Origin: Acidimicrobiia bacterium
GTDB taxonomy: Bacteria > Actinomycetota > Acidimicrobiia > Spongiisociales > ZC4RG35
Length of the DNA: 64,000 nt
Assembly: GCA_035462175.1 (NCBI GenBank)
Contig: DATHUP010000007.1
Location: 45 to 64,044 of the forward strand
Direction: 5' to 3'
Shown here: piece after piece, positions 38,261 to 47,290 of the stretch
Position numbering within the stretch: position 1 is the first letter of the stretch
How the letters are laid out: each line of letters begins with the position of its first letter
The notes under the pieces: model-generated
Seen by the model: the letters and a program-made list of their open reading frames with translations, nothing else
Told to the model about the DNA's origin: nothing
Database searches by the model: none
Program-made: the position numbers and the translations under genes

Positions 38261-39139
38261 GTGATCCCCGACACGATCGAAGCTCTCGAGAAGCGCCTCG
38301 ACGATCTCGACTACTTCGCCGATGAGAGCCTGCTCGTCGCCATCCATCTTGCCGTCCACCTGGGACGCCCCTTGTTCCTGGAGGGCGAGGCCGGTGTGGG
38401 CAAGACGGAGGTGGCCAAGGTCCTCGCAGCCATGACCGGCGCCGACCTGATCAGGCTTCAGTGTTACGAGGGACTCGACGTCGGCCAGGCTCTATACGAG
38501 TGGGACTACGCCCGGCAGATGATGGCCATCCGCCTCCTAGAGGCGCGCGGCGCCGGGGCAACGGCGACGCCCGAAGACATCATGAGCCGGGAGTATCTCA
38601 TCGCCCGTCCCCTGCTCCAGGCGATCGAGGCCAGCAAAGACGGGCACCGCCCGGTCCTCTTGATCGACGAGCTGGACCGGGCCGACGAGGAGTTCGAAGC
38701 CTTTCTCCTCGAGCTGCTGTCCGACTTCCAGGTCACCATCCCAGAGATCGGGACGATCAAGGCGCAGAGCCGACCCATCGTGGTCCTCACCTCGAACCGG
38801 ACCCGTGAGATCCACGATGCCCTGAAACGTCGCTGTGTCTACCACTGGATCGACTATCCCACTCCGGCCCGCGAGTCCGAGATCATCACCCGCAAGGTCC
38901 CCGACGTCGAGGGCAAGCTCGCCGACTCGTTGGCCGATGCGATGCGACGGCTGCGGGAGATGGAGCTGTTCAAGCCGCCCGGTGTGGCTGAGACCCTCGA
39001 CTGGGCCGAGTCGCTTCGTCTCCTCCAGGCGGGCGAGCTGACCGGGGCCACGATCGAGAGCACCCTGGGCGTGGTCCTCAAGTACAAGGACGACATCGAC
39101 ATGGTCCGCGCTGCCGGAGTCGACAGCCTGGTGGGATGA
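38261..39139 (+). CDS. coxD: MoxR-type AAA+ ATPase, CoxD-like
   Basis: 292 aa with a GTG start. Walker A GEAGVGKTEVAK, Walker B VLLIDELDRADEE, sensor region ...VVLTSNRTRE.... Confidence 0.88.
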   Translation: MIPDTIEALEKRLDDLDYFADESLLVAIHLAVHLGRPLFLEGEAGVGKTEVAKVLAAMTGADLIRLQCYEGLDVGQALYEWDYARQMMAIRLLEARGAGATATPEDIMSREYLIARPLLQAIEASKDGHRPVLLIDELDRADEEFEAFLLELLSDFQVTIPEIGTIKAQSRPIVVLTSNRTREIHDALKRRCVYHWIDYPTPARESEIITRKVPDVEGKLADSLADAMRRLREMELFKPPGVAETLDWAESLRLLQAGELTGATIESTLGVVLKYKDDIDMVRAAGVDSLVG

Positions 39140-40251
39140 GCCGGCCCGGCCTGATCGACCAACTCGCCGTCTTCTCGGCGGCCCTTCGCAGCCGGGGCCT
39201 GACCATCACCGCCGACCAGACCGCCGACATGGCTCGCGCGCTCTCCCTGGTGGACCTGTCCCGGAGGTCCCGGGCGTCGGCATCGCTCCGGTCGCTGTCG
39301 GTCACCGACCCGGCTCAGATCCCGCTCTTCGACGAGGAGTTCGAGAAGTTCTTCGACCGGATAGGGGGCCCCGATCTCGTCGATCGCAACCCGGACGCCG
39401 AGAAGTCCGGTGGCGCCGGCTACACACTCCAGGGAAGCGCAGGAAGCTCCTCGACCGAGGTGGCAGAGCAGGGGGGCGCCTCGGCGGTGGAGCGCATATC
39501 CACCCGAGACTTCGCCGACCTCGACGACGACGACCTGCAGGAGGCGAGACGCCTGGTCATGAAGATGATGTGGCACCCCACCGACTACAAGACCCGCAGG
39601 TGGGCGGGCGGCGATGGGAGCCGCCTCGACGTGCGACGCACCTTGCACCGGGCGGTCGGGCCCACCGGCGACCTGATGCTGATCGACTGGAAGGAGAGGA
39701 CGAGAAAGGAGCGGCCGCTGATCATCATCGCCGACATCTCGGGGTCCATGGAGAAGTACTCCGACATCTTCCTGGTATTCGCCCATGCCGCACAGCGCAG
39801 ACTCCGGGAGGTGGAGATCTTCACATTCTCGACGCACCTGAGCCGGATAACCGACGAAATGCGCCGCCGCGACACCAGGGCCGCCCTGGCCCGTGTCTCC
39901 CGGAGAGTCACCGATTGGTCGGGGGGAACCCAGATCGGAGAGGCGCTGGCCGAGTGGAACCGACGCTGGAGTCGACGGCTCGCCCGTGGAGGGCCCGTGG
40001 TGATGATCCTCTCCGACGGCTGGGATTGTGGCGACTCCGAGGTCCTCGCGATCGAGATGGCCCGATTGGCCCGGTCGGTCCACCAGGTGATCTGGCTGAA
40101 CCCACTGGCCGCCAGGGCTTCGTACCAGCCGCTGACCCGGGGCATGCAGGCGGTCCTCCCTCATGTCGACCAGCTATTGCCGGCAGCTAGCGTCAACGAC
40201 TTCAGAGGGGTGATCCGGGTGCTCGATTCCGTGGCTGGAGCAAGACGATGA
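39136..40251 (+). CDS. coxE: VWA-domain protein, CoxE-like
   Basis: 371 aa. ATGA overlap with coxD. MIDAS ...[11 protein letters not shown]...TQIGEAL...ILSDGWD.... Confidence 0.85.
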   Translation: MSRPGLIDQLAVFSAALRSRGLTITADQTADMARALSLVDLSRRSRASASLRSLSVTDPAQIPLFDEEFEKFFDRIGGPDLVDRNPDAEKSGGAGYTLQGSAGSSSTEVAEQGGASAVERISTRDFADLDDDDLQEARRLVMKMMWHPTDYKTRRWAGGDGSRLDVRRTLHRAVGPTGDLMLIDWKERTRKERPLIIIADISGSMEKYSDIFLVFAHAAQRRLREVEIFTFSTHLSRITDEMRRRDTRAALARVSRRVTDWSGGTQIGEALAEWNRRWSRRLARGGPVVMILSDGWDCGDSEVLAIEMARLARSVHQVIWLNPLAARASYQPLTRGMQAVLPHVDQLLPAASVNDFRGVIRVLDSVAGARR

Positions 40252-40556
40252 GAGGGCAACTCGAGGTGCGCAATCGCTGGGCCGGTGCGGGCAAGAAAGT
40301 CGCAGTGGCCACGGTGATCCGGGTGCACGGCAGCGCCCCGAGACCGGAGGGGTCCAAGTTCCTGGTCTCCGATGCCGGTGACATGGAAGGCTCGGTGAGC
40401 GGGGGCTGCGTGGAAAACGACGTCTTCCTCCACGCCCAGGAAGTGATCGAGACCGGCAAGCCGAAGACCGTCACCTACGGGATCGCCGACGACGACGCCT
40501 TCGAGGTGGGGATGGCCTGCGGGGGGACCATCGACGTCTTCATCGAGCCGTGGTGA
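40248..40556 (+). CDS. XdhC/CoxI N-terminal-domain protein (stand-alone, or 5' half of a split gene)
   Basis: 102 aa. ...[40 protein letters not shown]...[19 protein letters not shown] overlap with coxE. The stop overlaps the next ORF by 7 nt in another frame. Confidence 0.7.
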   Translation: MRGQLEVRNRWAGAGKKVAVATVIRVHGSAPRPEGSKFLVSDAGDMEGSVSGGCVENDVFLHAQEVIETGKPKTVTYGIADDDAFEVGMACGGTIDVFIEPW

Positions 40557-41323
40557 GGCCTCTCGAAGCGATCCAGGGCATTCTCGACCGTGAGGAGTAC
40601 GGGGCGGTCGTCACCTTCGTCGAGGGGCCACTGGTCGGCTCGAAGGCGGTGATCGACTCGCGCGGAGACGTGGCAGCGGGCGAGCTTCCCGCCGAGATCT
40701 CGGCCCATGTCACCGAAGACGCCCTCCAGCTGATGAACCACGAGCAGCACCGGGCGATGGAGTACCCGCCCCACACTGTGTTCGTCGAGTCGCTGGCCCC
40801 GCCCCAGGAGATGGTGATCGTCGGCGCCGTCCACATCGGGCAGTCCTTGGCCAGCTTCGCCGCCCAGATGGGTTACCGGGTCACCGTCATCGACTCCCGT
40901 GAAGCTTTCGCCACCGAAGAACGGTTCCCCGGGGCCAGGATCCTGGTCGGCTGGCCCGCGGACGTCATCGACCAGGTCCCACTCGACCGACGAACTTGGC
41001 TGGTCATCTTGTCCCACGACAAGCGCTTCGAGGACCCGGTCCTGGCCGCGGCGTTGAAGAGCCCGGTCCGCTACATCGGCTGCATGGGCAGCCGTCGCAC
41101 CCAGGACCTCCGGGTCGAGCGGCTGGGTGACATGGGTTTCTCCGGGGAGGACATCGCCCGGGTGCGGGGGCCGGTCGGTCTCGACATCGGGGCGGAGAGC
41201 CCCCAGGAGGTCGCCGTCTCCATCCTGGCCGAGATGACCCTGGTCCGCTACGGCCACGGCACCGGACTCTCTCTGCATGGCATCGAGGGCCGGGTCCACA
41301 AGCAGAGGCCCGAAGACGCTTGA
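40550..41323 (+). CDS. XdhC-family protein (second XdhC_CoxI-like segment plus Rossmann-like C-domain)
   Basis: 257 aa with a GTG start. ...[17 protein letters not shown]...[14 protein letters not shown]...[10 protein letters not shown]...[20 protein letters not shown].... Confidence 0.78.
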   Translation: MVRPLEAIQGILDREEYGAVVTFVEGPLVGSKAVIDSRGDVAAGELPAEISAHVTEDALQLMNHEQHRAMEYPPHTVFVESLAPPQEMVIVGAVHIGQSLASFAAQMGYRVTVIDSREAFATEERFPGARILVGWPADVIDQVPLDRRTWLVILSHDKRFEDPVLAAALKSPVRYIGCMGSRRTQDLRVERLGDMGFSGEDIARVRGPVGLDIGAESPQEVAVSILAEMTLVRYGHGTGLSLHGIEGRVHKQRPEDA

Positions 41324-41368
41324 GCAGCGTCGTCCTGGGCGCCGCGGCTCGGTGAATACCCTGTCCGG

Positions 41369-44077
41369 GTGACACAGAACCCGGACGAGGCACTCCGAGC
41401 CGACATCAGACGGCTGGGAACCCAGCTCGGCGACGCCCTGGTGCGACAGCACGGCCCCGACTTGCTCGACCTGGTCGAGGAGGTCCGGGCCCTGGGCAAG
41501 TCGTCGCGTCGAGGTGGGAGCACCGAGGCGGCGGCCCGACTCGACGAGTTGCTCGCCGACCTGTCGATCGACGACGTCATCCCTCTGGTGAGGGCGTTCA
41601 CCGCCTACTTCTACCTGGCCAACGTGGCCGAGCAGGTGCACCGGATCGATCAGCTCGGGATCGCCCACTTGGGGCTGGCGGCGACCGTGGACCGGGTGCT
41701 CGAAGCCGGAGTGGACCCGGGGATCACGGCCGAGGTGATGGGCCGGCTCGAGATGCGACCGGTGTTCACCGCTCACCCGACCGAGGCCGCCCGGCGCTCG
41801 ATCCTCAGCAAGACCGTGAACCTGGCCGAGTTGATCGAAGAGCGTCTCGAGGCTCCCGACGACGAGCTGGACCGGATCGATCGCAGGACCGCCGAGCTGA
41901 TCGACCTCATCTGGCAGACCGACGAGCTGCGTCTCGAGAAGCCGAGCCCGGTCGACGAGGCGCGGTCCGCCCTCTACTACCTGGTTCAGATCGCCTCCAA
42001 CGTCATGCCCGATCTCGGTGAGCGGGTCGCCGTCGAGCTGACCCGGCTCGGGGTGACCCCGCGACCCAACCCGATTCGGTTCGGCTCCTGGGTGGGCGGC
42101 GACCGTGACGGCAACCCGGAGGTGACGCCCCAGACCACCGCAGAGACGTTGCTCCTCCAACACGACCGCGGGCTCCGGCATCTCATCGAGCTGGTGGAGG
42201 AGCTGTCCGAGGAGCTCTCGGTCTCCGAGCGTCTCGCCCCGGTCAGCGACTCCCTCCGCAGCTCCCTGGAGAGGGACCGCGAGGCTCTGCCCGATGTCTG
42301 GCTGCGGGAGCGTCGTCGCACCGAGTCCGAGCCCTACCGGCTCAAGTGCTCCTATATCCACGCCCGCCTGATCAACACCAATCACCGCTTCCACAGCGGA
42401 CTGCCCCATGTCGAAGCCCGGGATTACGCCCATCCCGACCAACTTCTCGACGAGCTCGACATGATGAGCGAGTCCCTGATCGGGGCTAAGGGCGAGCTGA
42501 TCGCCCGCGGGGCGGTGGCCCGGCTCCGTCGTGCGGTGGAGACATTCGGGTTCCAGATGGCCACTCTCGACATCAGGGAGCACGCCTCCAAGCATCGGGA
42601 GGCCGTGGTCGAGCTGTTCTCCCTGGTCGGAGTCGATTATCAGACCATGGAGCCGGGGGCGCGGCGCCTCGCCCTCTCCACGGAGCTGGAGGGGACGCGG
42701 CCTTTGAGCGGTCTGACCACGACGCTGAGCGAGGCGTCGGACCGGACCCTGGAGACCTTTCATGCCATCAGAGAGTCCAAGAGGCGTTACGGAGACCAGG
42801 TGATCGAGAGCTACATCATCTCCATGACCGAAACCGCTGCCGACGTCCTCGAGACCGCGGTGCTGGCCCGAGAGGCCGGTCTCGTCGATCTCCGCCGGGG
42901 AATCGCGCAAATCGGGCTGGTCCCCCTGGTCGAGACCATCACCGATCTGCGCAACGCGGGAACCCTGCTCGAGGACTTGTTCACCGATCGTCAGTACCGG
43001 CAGATCCTGGCACTGCGCGGCGACAGCCAGGAGGTGGTTCTCGGCTACTCCGACTCGAACAAAGAGGGGGGCATCACCACCAGCCAGTGGGAGATCTACA
43101 AGGCGCAGCGAGCGATGAGAAACGTGGCCGAGGCACACGGGATCCATCTCCGTCTCTTTCACGGCAGAGGTGGGACGATCGGCCGCGGCGGCGGCCCCAC
43201 CCATGCCGCAATCCTGGCCCAGCCCTATGGGACCATCGCCGGAGACCTCAAGGTCACCGAGCAGGGCGAGGTGATCTCTGAGAAATACGGCCACCCCGAG
43301 ATCGCCGCCCGCAACCTGGAACTGGCCCTCGCCTCGGTCCTGGAGTCCTCACTCCTCCACCGCCGCTCCCGCAAGCCCAAGGACGTGCTCGATCGGTGGA
43401 CCGAGGCTATGGAGTGCTTCTCGACCGAGGCATACGCTTCCTACCGGGACTTCGTCGGCCACCCCAGCCTGGTCCCCTATTTCCTCTCCTCCACCCCGGT
43501 CGAGGAGCTGGGCCGGCTCAACCTGGGGAGCAGACCCTCGCGTCGACCCGGCGGCGTGGGGGGCATCGAGGACCTTCGCGCCATCCCATGGGTGTTCGGC
43601 TGGACCCAGACGAGACAGATAGTCCCGGGCTGGTTCGGGGTCGGCGCCGGGATCAGGGCGGCCCGAAAGGCCGGGTTCGGGGAGGTGCTGGGCGAGATGG
43701 CCGCCGAATGGGGCTTCTTCCAGACTTTTCTCTCCAATGTCGAGATGACCCTGGCCAAGACCGACCTCGACATCGCCGGACGCTATGTGGCCAGTCTGGT
43801 CCCTGGCGAGCACCGAGGATTGCTCGACCTGGTCCGTTCCGAATCCGAGCTGACCACCGAGGAGATCCTCTCCCTGAGGCGCGCTCCCGATCTCCTCGGA
43901 GATCTGCCGGTCCTCAAGAGGACCCTCGCCGTCCGCGACATCTACCTCGACCCGATCAACTATCTCCAGGTCTCTTTGTTGGGCCGAAGCCGCGCCGGAG
44001 AGTCGGGTGACGAGCTGAGCCGTGCCCTCCTGCTCACCGTGAACGGCATCGCGGCCGGAATGAGGAACACCGGCTGA
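41369..44077 (+). CDS. ppc: Phosphoenolpyruvate carboxylase
   Basis: 902 aa. ...VFTAHPTE..., ...LGYSDSNKEGG..., FHGRGGTIGRGGGP, C-terminal ...GMRNTG. Confidence 0.96.
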   Translation: MTQNPDEALRADIRRLGTQLGDALVRQHGPDLLDLVEEVRALGKSSRRGGSTEAAARLDELLADLSIDDVIPLVRAFTAYFYLANVAEQVHRIDQLGIAHLGLAATVDRVLEAGVDPGITAEVMGRLEMRPVFTAHPTEAARRSILSKTVNLAELIEERLEAPDDELDRIDRRTAELIDLIWQTDELRLEKPSPVDEARSALYYLVQIASNVMPDLGERVAVELTRLGVTPRPNPIRFGSWVGGDRDGNPEVTPQTTAETLLLQHDRGLRHLIELVEELSEELSVSERLAPVSDSLRSSLERDREALPDVWLRERRRTESEPYRLKCSYIHARLINTNHRFHSGLPHVEARDYAHPDQLLDELDMMSESLIGAKGELIARGAVARLRRAVETFGFQMATLDIREHASKHREAVVELFSLVGVDYQTMEPGARRLALSTELEGTRPLSGLTTTLSEASDRTLETFHAIRESKRRYGDQVIESYIISMTETAADVLETAVLAREAGLVDLRRGIAQIGLVPLVETITDLRNAGTLLEDLFTDRQYRQILALRGDSQEVVLGYSDSNKEGGITTSQWEIYKAQRAMRNVAEAHGIHLRLFHGRGGTIGRGGGPTHAAILAQPYGTIAGDLKVTEQGEVISEKYGHPEIAARNLELALASVLESSLLHRRSRKPKDVLDRWTEAMECFSTEAYASYRDFVGHPSLVPYFLSSTPVEELGRLNLGSRPSRRPGGVGGIEDLRAIPWVFGWTQTRQIVPGWFGVGAGIRAARKAGFGEVLGEMAAEWGFFQTFLSNVEMTLAKTDLDIAGRYVASLVPGEHRGLLDLVRSESELTTEEILSLRRAPDLLGDLPVLKRTLAVRDIYLDPINYLQVSLLGRSRAGESGDELSRALLLTVNGIAAGMRNTG

Positions 44078-44098
44078 GCTGTGCTCAGCCGGTGTTCC
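44064..44098 (+). terminator. Perfect 16-bp hairpin at the ppc stop (terminator candidate, no U-tract)
   Basis: GGAACACCGGCTGAGC-tgt-GCTCAGCCGGTGTTCC. The left arm contains the last ppc codons (N-T-G) and the TGA stop. Confidence 0.55.
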
Positions 44099-44100
44099 CA

Positions 44101-44161
44101 TAGTCGGTAGTCCGTGGTCGGAATTTCCGTATGCCGACTACCGAGAACCGAATACTGAGCA
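44101..44161. repeat. Intergenic heptamer-repeat element, copy B (palindromic arrangement)
   Basis: TAGTCGG TAGTCCG TGGTCGG (44101..44121), a 12-nt spacer aatttccgtatg, then CCGACTA CCGAGAA CCGAATA CTGAGCA (44134..44161). Related to copy A at 5620..5666. It can fold as an imperfect ~21-bp hairpin. Confidence 0.6.
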
Positions 44162-44186
44162 TGGGCCCGGCCAATAGGCTGGGGCG

Positions 44187-44804
44187 ATGCTCACGCTTCT
44201 CGACCATCCCCTCGCCGCAGATCTGCTCTCGGTGCTGCGCACCAAGGACACCGAGCCACCCGAGTTTCGCCAGACGACCGAACGTCTCGGCTATCTCCTC
44301 GTGGCCGAGGCCTTGTCCGACATGTCGACGGTGGACGTCGAGATCAACACGCCACTGGAAACGACCACCGGCCAACAGCTCCGCCGTCCGGTGGTGGCGG
44401 TGGCCGTGCTCAGGGCAGGTCTCGGTCTTCTCGAGTCGGTTCTGACTCTCGTCCCCGATGCCGCCATCGGATTCGCCGGGGTCCAGCGCAACGAGGAGAC
44501 GGCCGAGCCCATCGAGTACTACAACAAATTCCCCGAGCTCTCCTCGGCCCGGGTCCTGATCCTCGAGCCGATGCTGGCCACCGGCGGTTCCCTCTCCTGG
44601 GCCATCGACAAGGTCAAGGAGAACGGCGCCAAGGACATCACCGCCGTCTGTGTTGTGACTGCCCCCGAAGGCCTCTCGGTGATCGAGCAGAATCATCCCG
44701 ACGTTCGCATCGTCGCCGCTGCCCTCGACCGCGAGCTCAACCCCTCCTTCTACATCGCCCCCGGCCTGGGCGACATGGGGGATCGGCTCTTCGGGACCCT
44801 GTGA
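44187..44804 (+). CDS. upp: Uracil phosphoribosyltransferase
   Basis: 205 aa. ...VLILEPMLATGGS... (PRPP loop), C-terminal ...FYIAPGLGDMGDRLFGT. Confidence 0.94.
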   Translation: MLTLLDHPLAADLLSVLRTKDTEPPEFRQTTERLGYLLVAEALSDMSTVDVEINTPLETTTGQQLRRPVVAVAVLRAGLGLLESVLTLVPDAAIGFAGVQRNEETAEPIEYYNKFPELSSARVLILEPMLATGGSLSWAIDKVKENGAKDITAVCVVTAPEGLSVIEQNHPDVRIVAAALDRELNPSFYIAPGLGDMGDRLFGTL

Positions 44805-45079
44805 CCCGCTTCGAGGACACGGTCCTCGAAGTCATCTCATCGCTCGGGCCCGGCGAGGTGGTCACCTACGGCGAGGTCGCCGAGCAGGCGGGATTTCCCG
44901 GCGCAGCGCGCGCGGTGGGCACCGTGCTCCGAAACTGCGACGAGGGCGTTCCCTGGTGGAGGGTGGTTGGGGCAGGCGGCCACATCCGGACACCGCCGCG
45001 GGTGCGGCAGGCAAGATTGCTCAGGGACGAAGGCGTCCTCGTCGTCGGAGGAAAGGTGATGACGGTCAGGAACCGTTGA
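44801..45079 (+). CDS. Alkyltransferase-like (ATL) protein, an MGMT DNA-binding domain without the acceptor Cys
   Basis: 92 aa. ...VVTYGEVAEQAGFPGAARAVGTVLRNCDEGVPWWRVVGAGGHI.... PWWRV replaces the MGMT PCHRV motif. The GTG start overlaps the upp stop (GTGA). Confidence 0.8.
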   Translation: MTRFEDTVLEVISSLGPGEVVTYGEVAEQAGFPGAARAVGTVLRNCDEGVPWWRVVGAGGHIRTPPRVRQARLLRDEGVLVVGGKVMTVRNR

Positions 45080-45102
45080 GCCGTTCGCCGCGTCCAAATA
45101 CC

Positions 45103-45840
45103 ATGAACTCGAAAACTCGTCTGCAAACCATCGCAGCTATCAGCGGCCTGGCCGTCCTCCTGGCGGCCTGTGGCTCCACGCCCCAGGTCACGGTCAACAA
45201 CTCGGAAGCGGCGCAGACGGGCATCTCCGTCTCCGGCATGGGCGAGGTGACAGGCGCCCCGGACACGGTCGAGATCGACCTCGGCGTGTCGGTGCTCAGC
45301 GAAACAGTCGACGAGGCGACCGCCACCGCGGCGGAACGGGCAGAAGCTCTGATTGCGGCGCTGACCTCGAACGGCGTCGCCCGCGAGGACATCACCACCA
45401 CCGACTACTCGATCTACCCCGAATACGACTACTCGCGCAACCAGGAGCGTCTCGTCGGCTACCGGGTGAACAATACGGTACGAGCCAAAGTCAGGGACAC
45501 GGGGAGCATCGGCTCGGTGCTCGACGCGGCCAGTGCCGCGGCCGGGGACGAAGCCCGGGTCAGCGGTTTGCGCTTCAGCATCGAGGACAACACCGAACTG
45601 GTTTCTGCCGCCCGAGAGGCGGCGTGGGAGGATGCCCTGGCCAAGGCGACCCAGCTTGCCGAGCTTTCGGGGCAGACCCTGGGCGAAGCTACCTCGATAA
45701 CCGAGACGGTGAGCATGCCGCCGGTGCCTTTCCCCTACGAAGGCGACATTGCCGGCGCCGAGCGGGCCGTGACCCCGATCGAGCCGGGGACCTCGGCGGT
45801 GACGATCACCCTCCAGGTCCAATTCGCCCTGGAGGGCTGA
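45103..45840 (+). CDS. SIMPL/DUF541-family lipoprotein
   Basis: Track ORF 44956..45840. The start is at ATG 45103 (MNSKTRLQTIAAISGLAVLLAACGS, a lipobox). ...ISVSGMGEVTGAPDTVEIDLGV...GYRVNNTVRAKVRD...VTITLQVQFALEG. Confidence 0.8.
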   Translation: MNSKTRLQTIAAISGLAVLLAACGSTPQVTVNNSEAAQTGISVSGMGEVTGAPDTVEIDLGVSVLSETVDEATATAAERAEALIAALTSNGVAREDITTTDYSIYPEYDYSRNQERLVGYRVNNTVRAKVRDTGSIGSVLDAASAAAGDEARVSGLRFSIEDNTELVSAAREAAWEDALAKATQLAELSGQTLGEATSITETVSMPPVPFPYEGDIAGAERAVTPIEPGTSAVTITLQVQFALEG

Positions 45841-45907
45841 GCCGGCCATACGCCACGGGCGGAATATCCGGCCCGGCTCTATCCTTGCCTCACATACGGG
45901 CCCCCTG

Positions 45908-47248
45908 ATGAACGACCACTCACTCCGCATCTACGACTCGATGCTCGGGATGCTCTCCAACGCGGACAACCCGACACCAATGGTCCGACTCAGCCGTGTC
46001 GTCCCCTTCCAACACACCGAGGTCTACGCCAAGCTGGAGTGGTACAACCCGTTCGGCTCGGTGAAAGACCGGATCGCCTCCAACATGATCGAGAAGGCCC
46101 GGGAGCAGGGTGACCTGGTCGACGAGGATCTGGTCGAGCCCACGTCGGGAAACACCGGCCTCGGGCTGGCCATGATCGGAAACGCGCTCGGCTACAGCCT
46201 GACCACCCCACTCTCCACTGGCATACCCCTCGAGAAGCGGACGATGCTCCGCTTCTTCGGGGCGGCCGTCGAGGAGCTCGAAGACGATCTCTGCCCCGCT
46301 CCCTGGGCCCCGGAGGGTGCCATCGCCCGAGCGATGGAGATCGCGGAGAAGCCCGACTTCCACATGCTCAACCAATACAAGAACCCCTCCAATCCAGAGG
46401 CCCATTATCAGACGACCGGCCCGGAGGTGTGGCGGCAGACCGCGGGGACCGTCACCCATTTCGTGGCCAGCATGGGCACCTGCGGAACCATCACCGGGAC
46501 CGGGCGCTTCCTCAAGGAGAAGAGCCGCCAGGTGCAAGTGATCGGGATCCACCCCGCCGAGGGCCATGACATCCCCGGAGTGCGCAGCATCCGCCAGCTG
46601 CAGCAGACCGAGTTCTTCCTCCCCGACGAGTACGACGGGATATTGGAGATATCCAACGAGGAGGCCTACGCCCTCACCCGCCGGCTCAACCAGGAGGAGA
46701 GCATCCCGGCCGGACCCAGCTCGGGCATGGCGCTGGCAGGGGCGCTGGCGACCATCCCCGACGCGCCCGGGAACCGGGTGGTCGTCATGTTCCCGGACAA
46801 CGTCTTCAAGTACGCCTCCTCGATGGTGAGGCACATCGAGGGAATGGCTCCTGCGGTCATGCCACGGGCAAAGAGCAGACGCGAGGAGTTGTTCGACGCC
46901 ATCATCGAGCACACCCGGCACAACCCCCATCTCACCATCGACGTAGATGCGGCCCACGACAGGTGGCAGACGGGCAGGTCATTCGTCGTCGACGTACGCC
47001 AGCCCGACGAGTTCGCCAGGGAGCACGTCCCCGGTTCCGTGAACATCCCCCTACTCGAGCTTCCCGACCGCCAGGACATGCTTCCCGCCGACCTGGACAC
47101 TCCGGTCCTCACCGTATGTGCCAGGGGCAACATCTCGCTGCCGGGCGTCCTCTACCTCAACTCGCTGGGATACCGCGACGCACAGAGCGTCACCGGTGGG
47201 ATGGGGGCCTGGGCGGAACGCGGGTTCGACACCGAGACCAACTCCTGA
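45908..47248 (+). CDS. Cysteine synthase/CBS-family PLP enzyme fused to a C-terminal rhodanese domain
   Basis: 446 aa. PLP lysine in YNPFGSVKDR, Asn loop EPTSGNTG, ...ASMGTCGTITGTG.... The C-terminal ~100 aa ...FVVDVRQPDEFAREHVPGSVNIPL...VLTVCARGNISLPG...GGMGAWAERG form a rhodanese domain with catalytic Cys loop CARGNIS. Confidence 0.85.
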   Translation: MNDHSLRIYDSMLGMLSNADNPTPMVRLSRVVPFQHTEVYAKLEWYNPFGSVKDRIASNMIEKAREQGDLVDEDLVEPTSGNTGLGLAMIGNALGYSLTTPLSTGIPLEKRTMLRFFGAAVEELEDDLCPAPWAPEGAIARAMEIAEKPDFHMLNQYKNPSNPEAHYQTTGPEVWRQTAGTVTHFVASMGTCGTITGTGRFLKEKSRQVQVIGIHPAEGHDIPGVRSIRQLQQTEFFLPDEYDGILEISNEEAYALTRRLNQEESIPAGPSSGMALAGALATIPDAPGNRVVVMFPDNVFKYASSMVRHIEGMAPAVMPRAKSRREELFDAIIEHTRHNPHLTIDVDAAHDRWQTGRSFVVDVRQPDEFAREHVPGSVNIPLLELPDRQDMLPADLDTPVLTVCARGNISLPGVLYLNSLGYRDAQSVTGGMGAWAERGFDTETNS

Positions 47249-47290
47249 TGCATCTTGGATTTGGCGTCGGCCCTGAACAGACTGCCGCCC

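Noticed and set aside
38261-40251. MoxR AAA+ / VWA gene pair as a possible stand-alone stress or defence module
   Set aside because: The pair sits inside a form-I cox cluster, between XdhC-family genes. It is coupled by ATGA overlaps and matches the CoxD/CoxE maturation pair, so a defence role is not needed to explain it.
40475-43294. 939-aa minus-strand ORF, the longest in the track
   Set aside because: It is antisense to the XdhC gene and to ppc, both of which have strong family motifs. It has no motifs of its own, and stop-codon depletion on the opposite strand is expected at this G+C. The same reasoning applies to 16141..17568(-), 36376..37815(-), 38854..40164(-), 7833..9383(+), 30205..31830(+), 47051..48298(-), 48223..49440(-), 49478..50704(-), 58478..59674(-), 41369-antisense fragments and similar ORFs.
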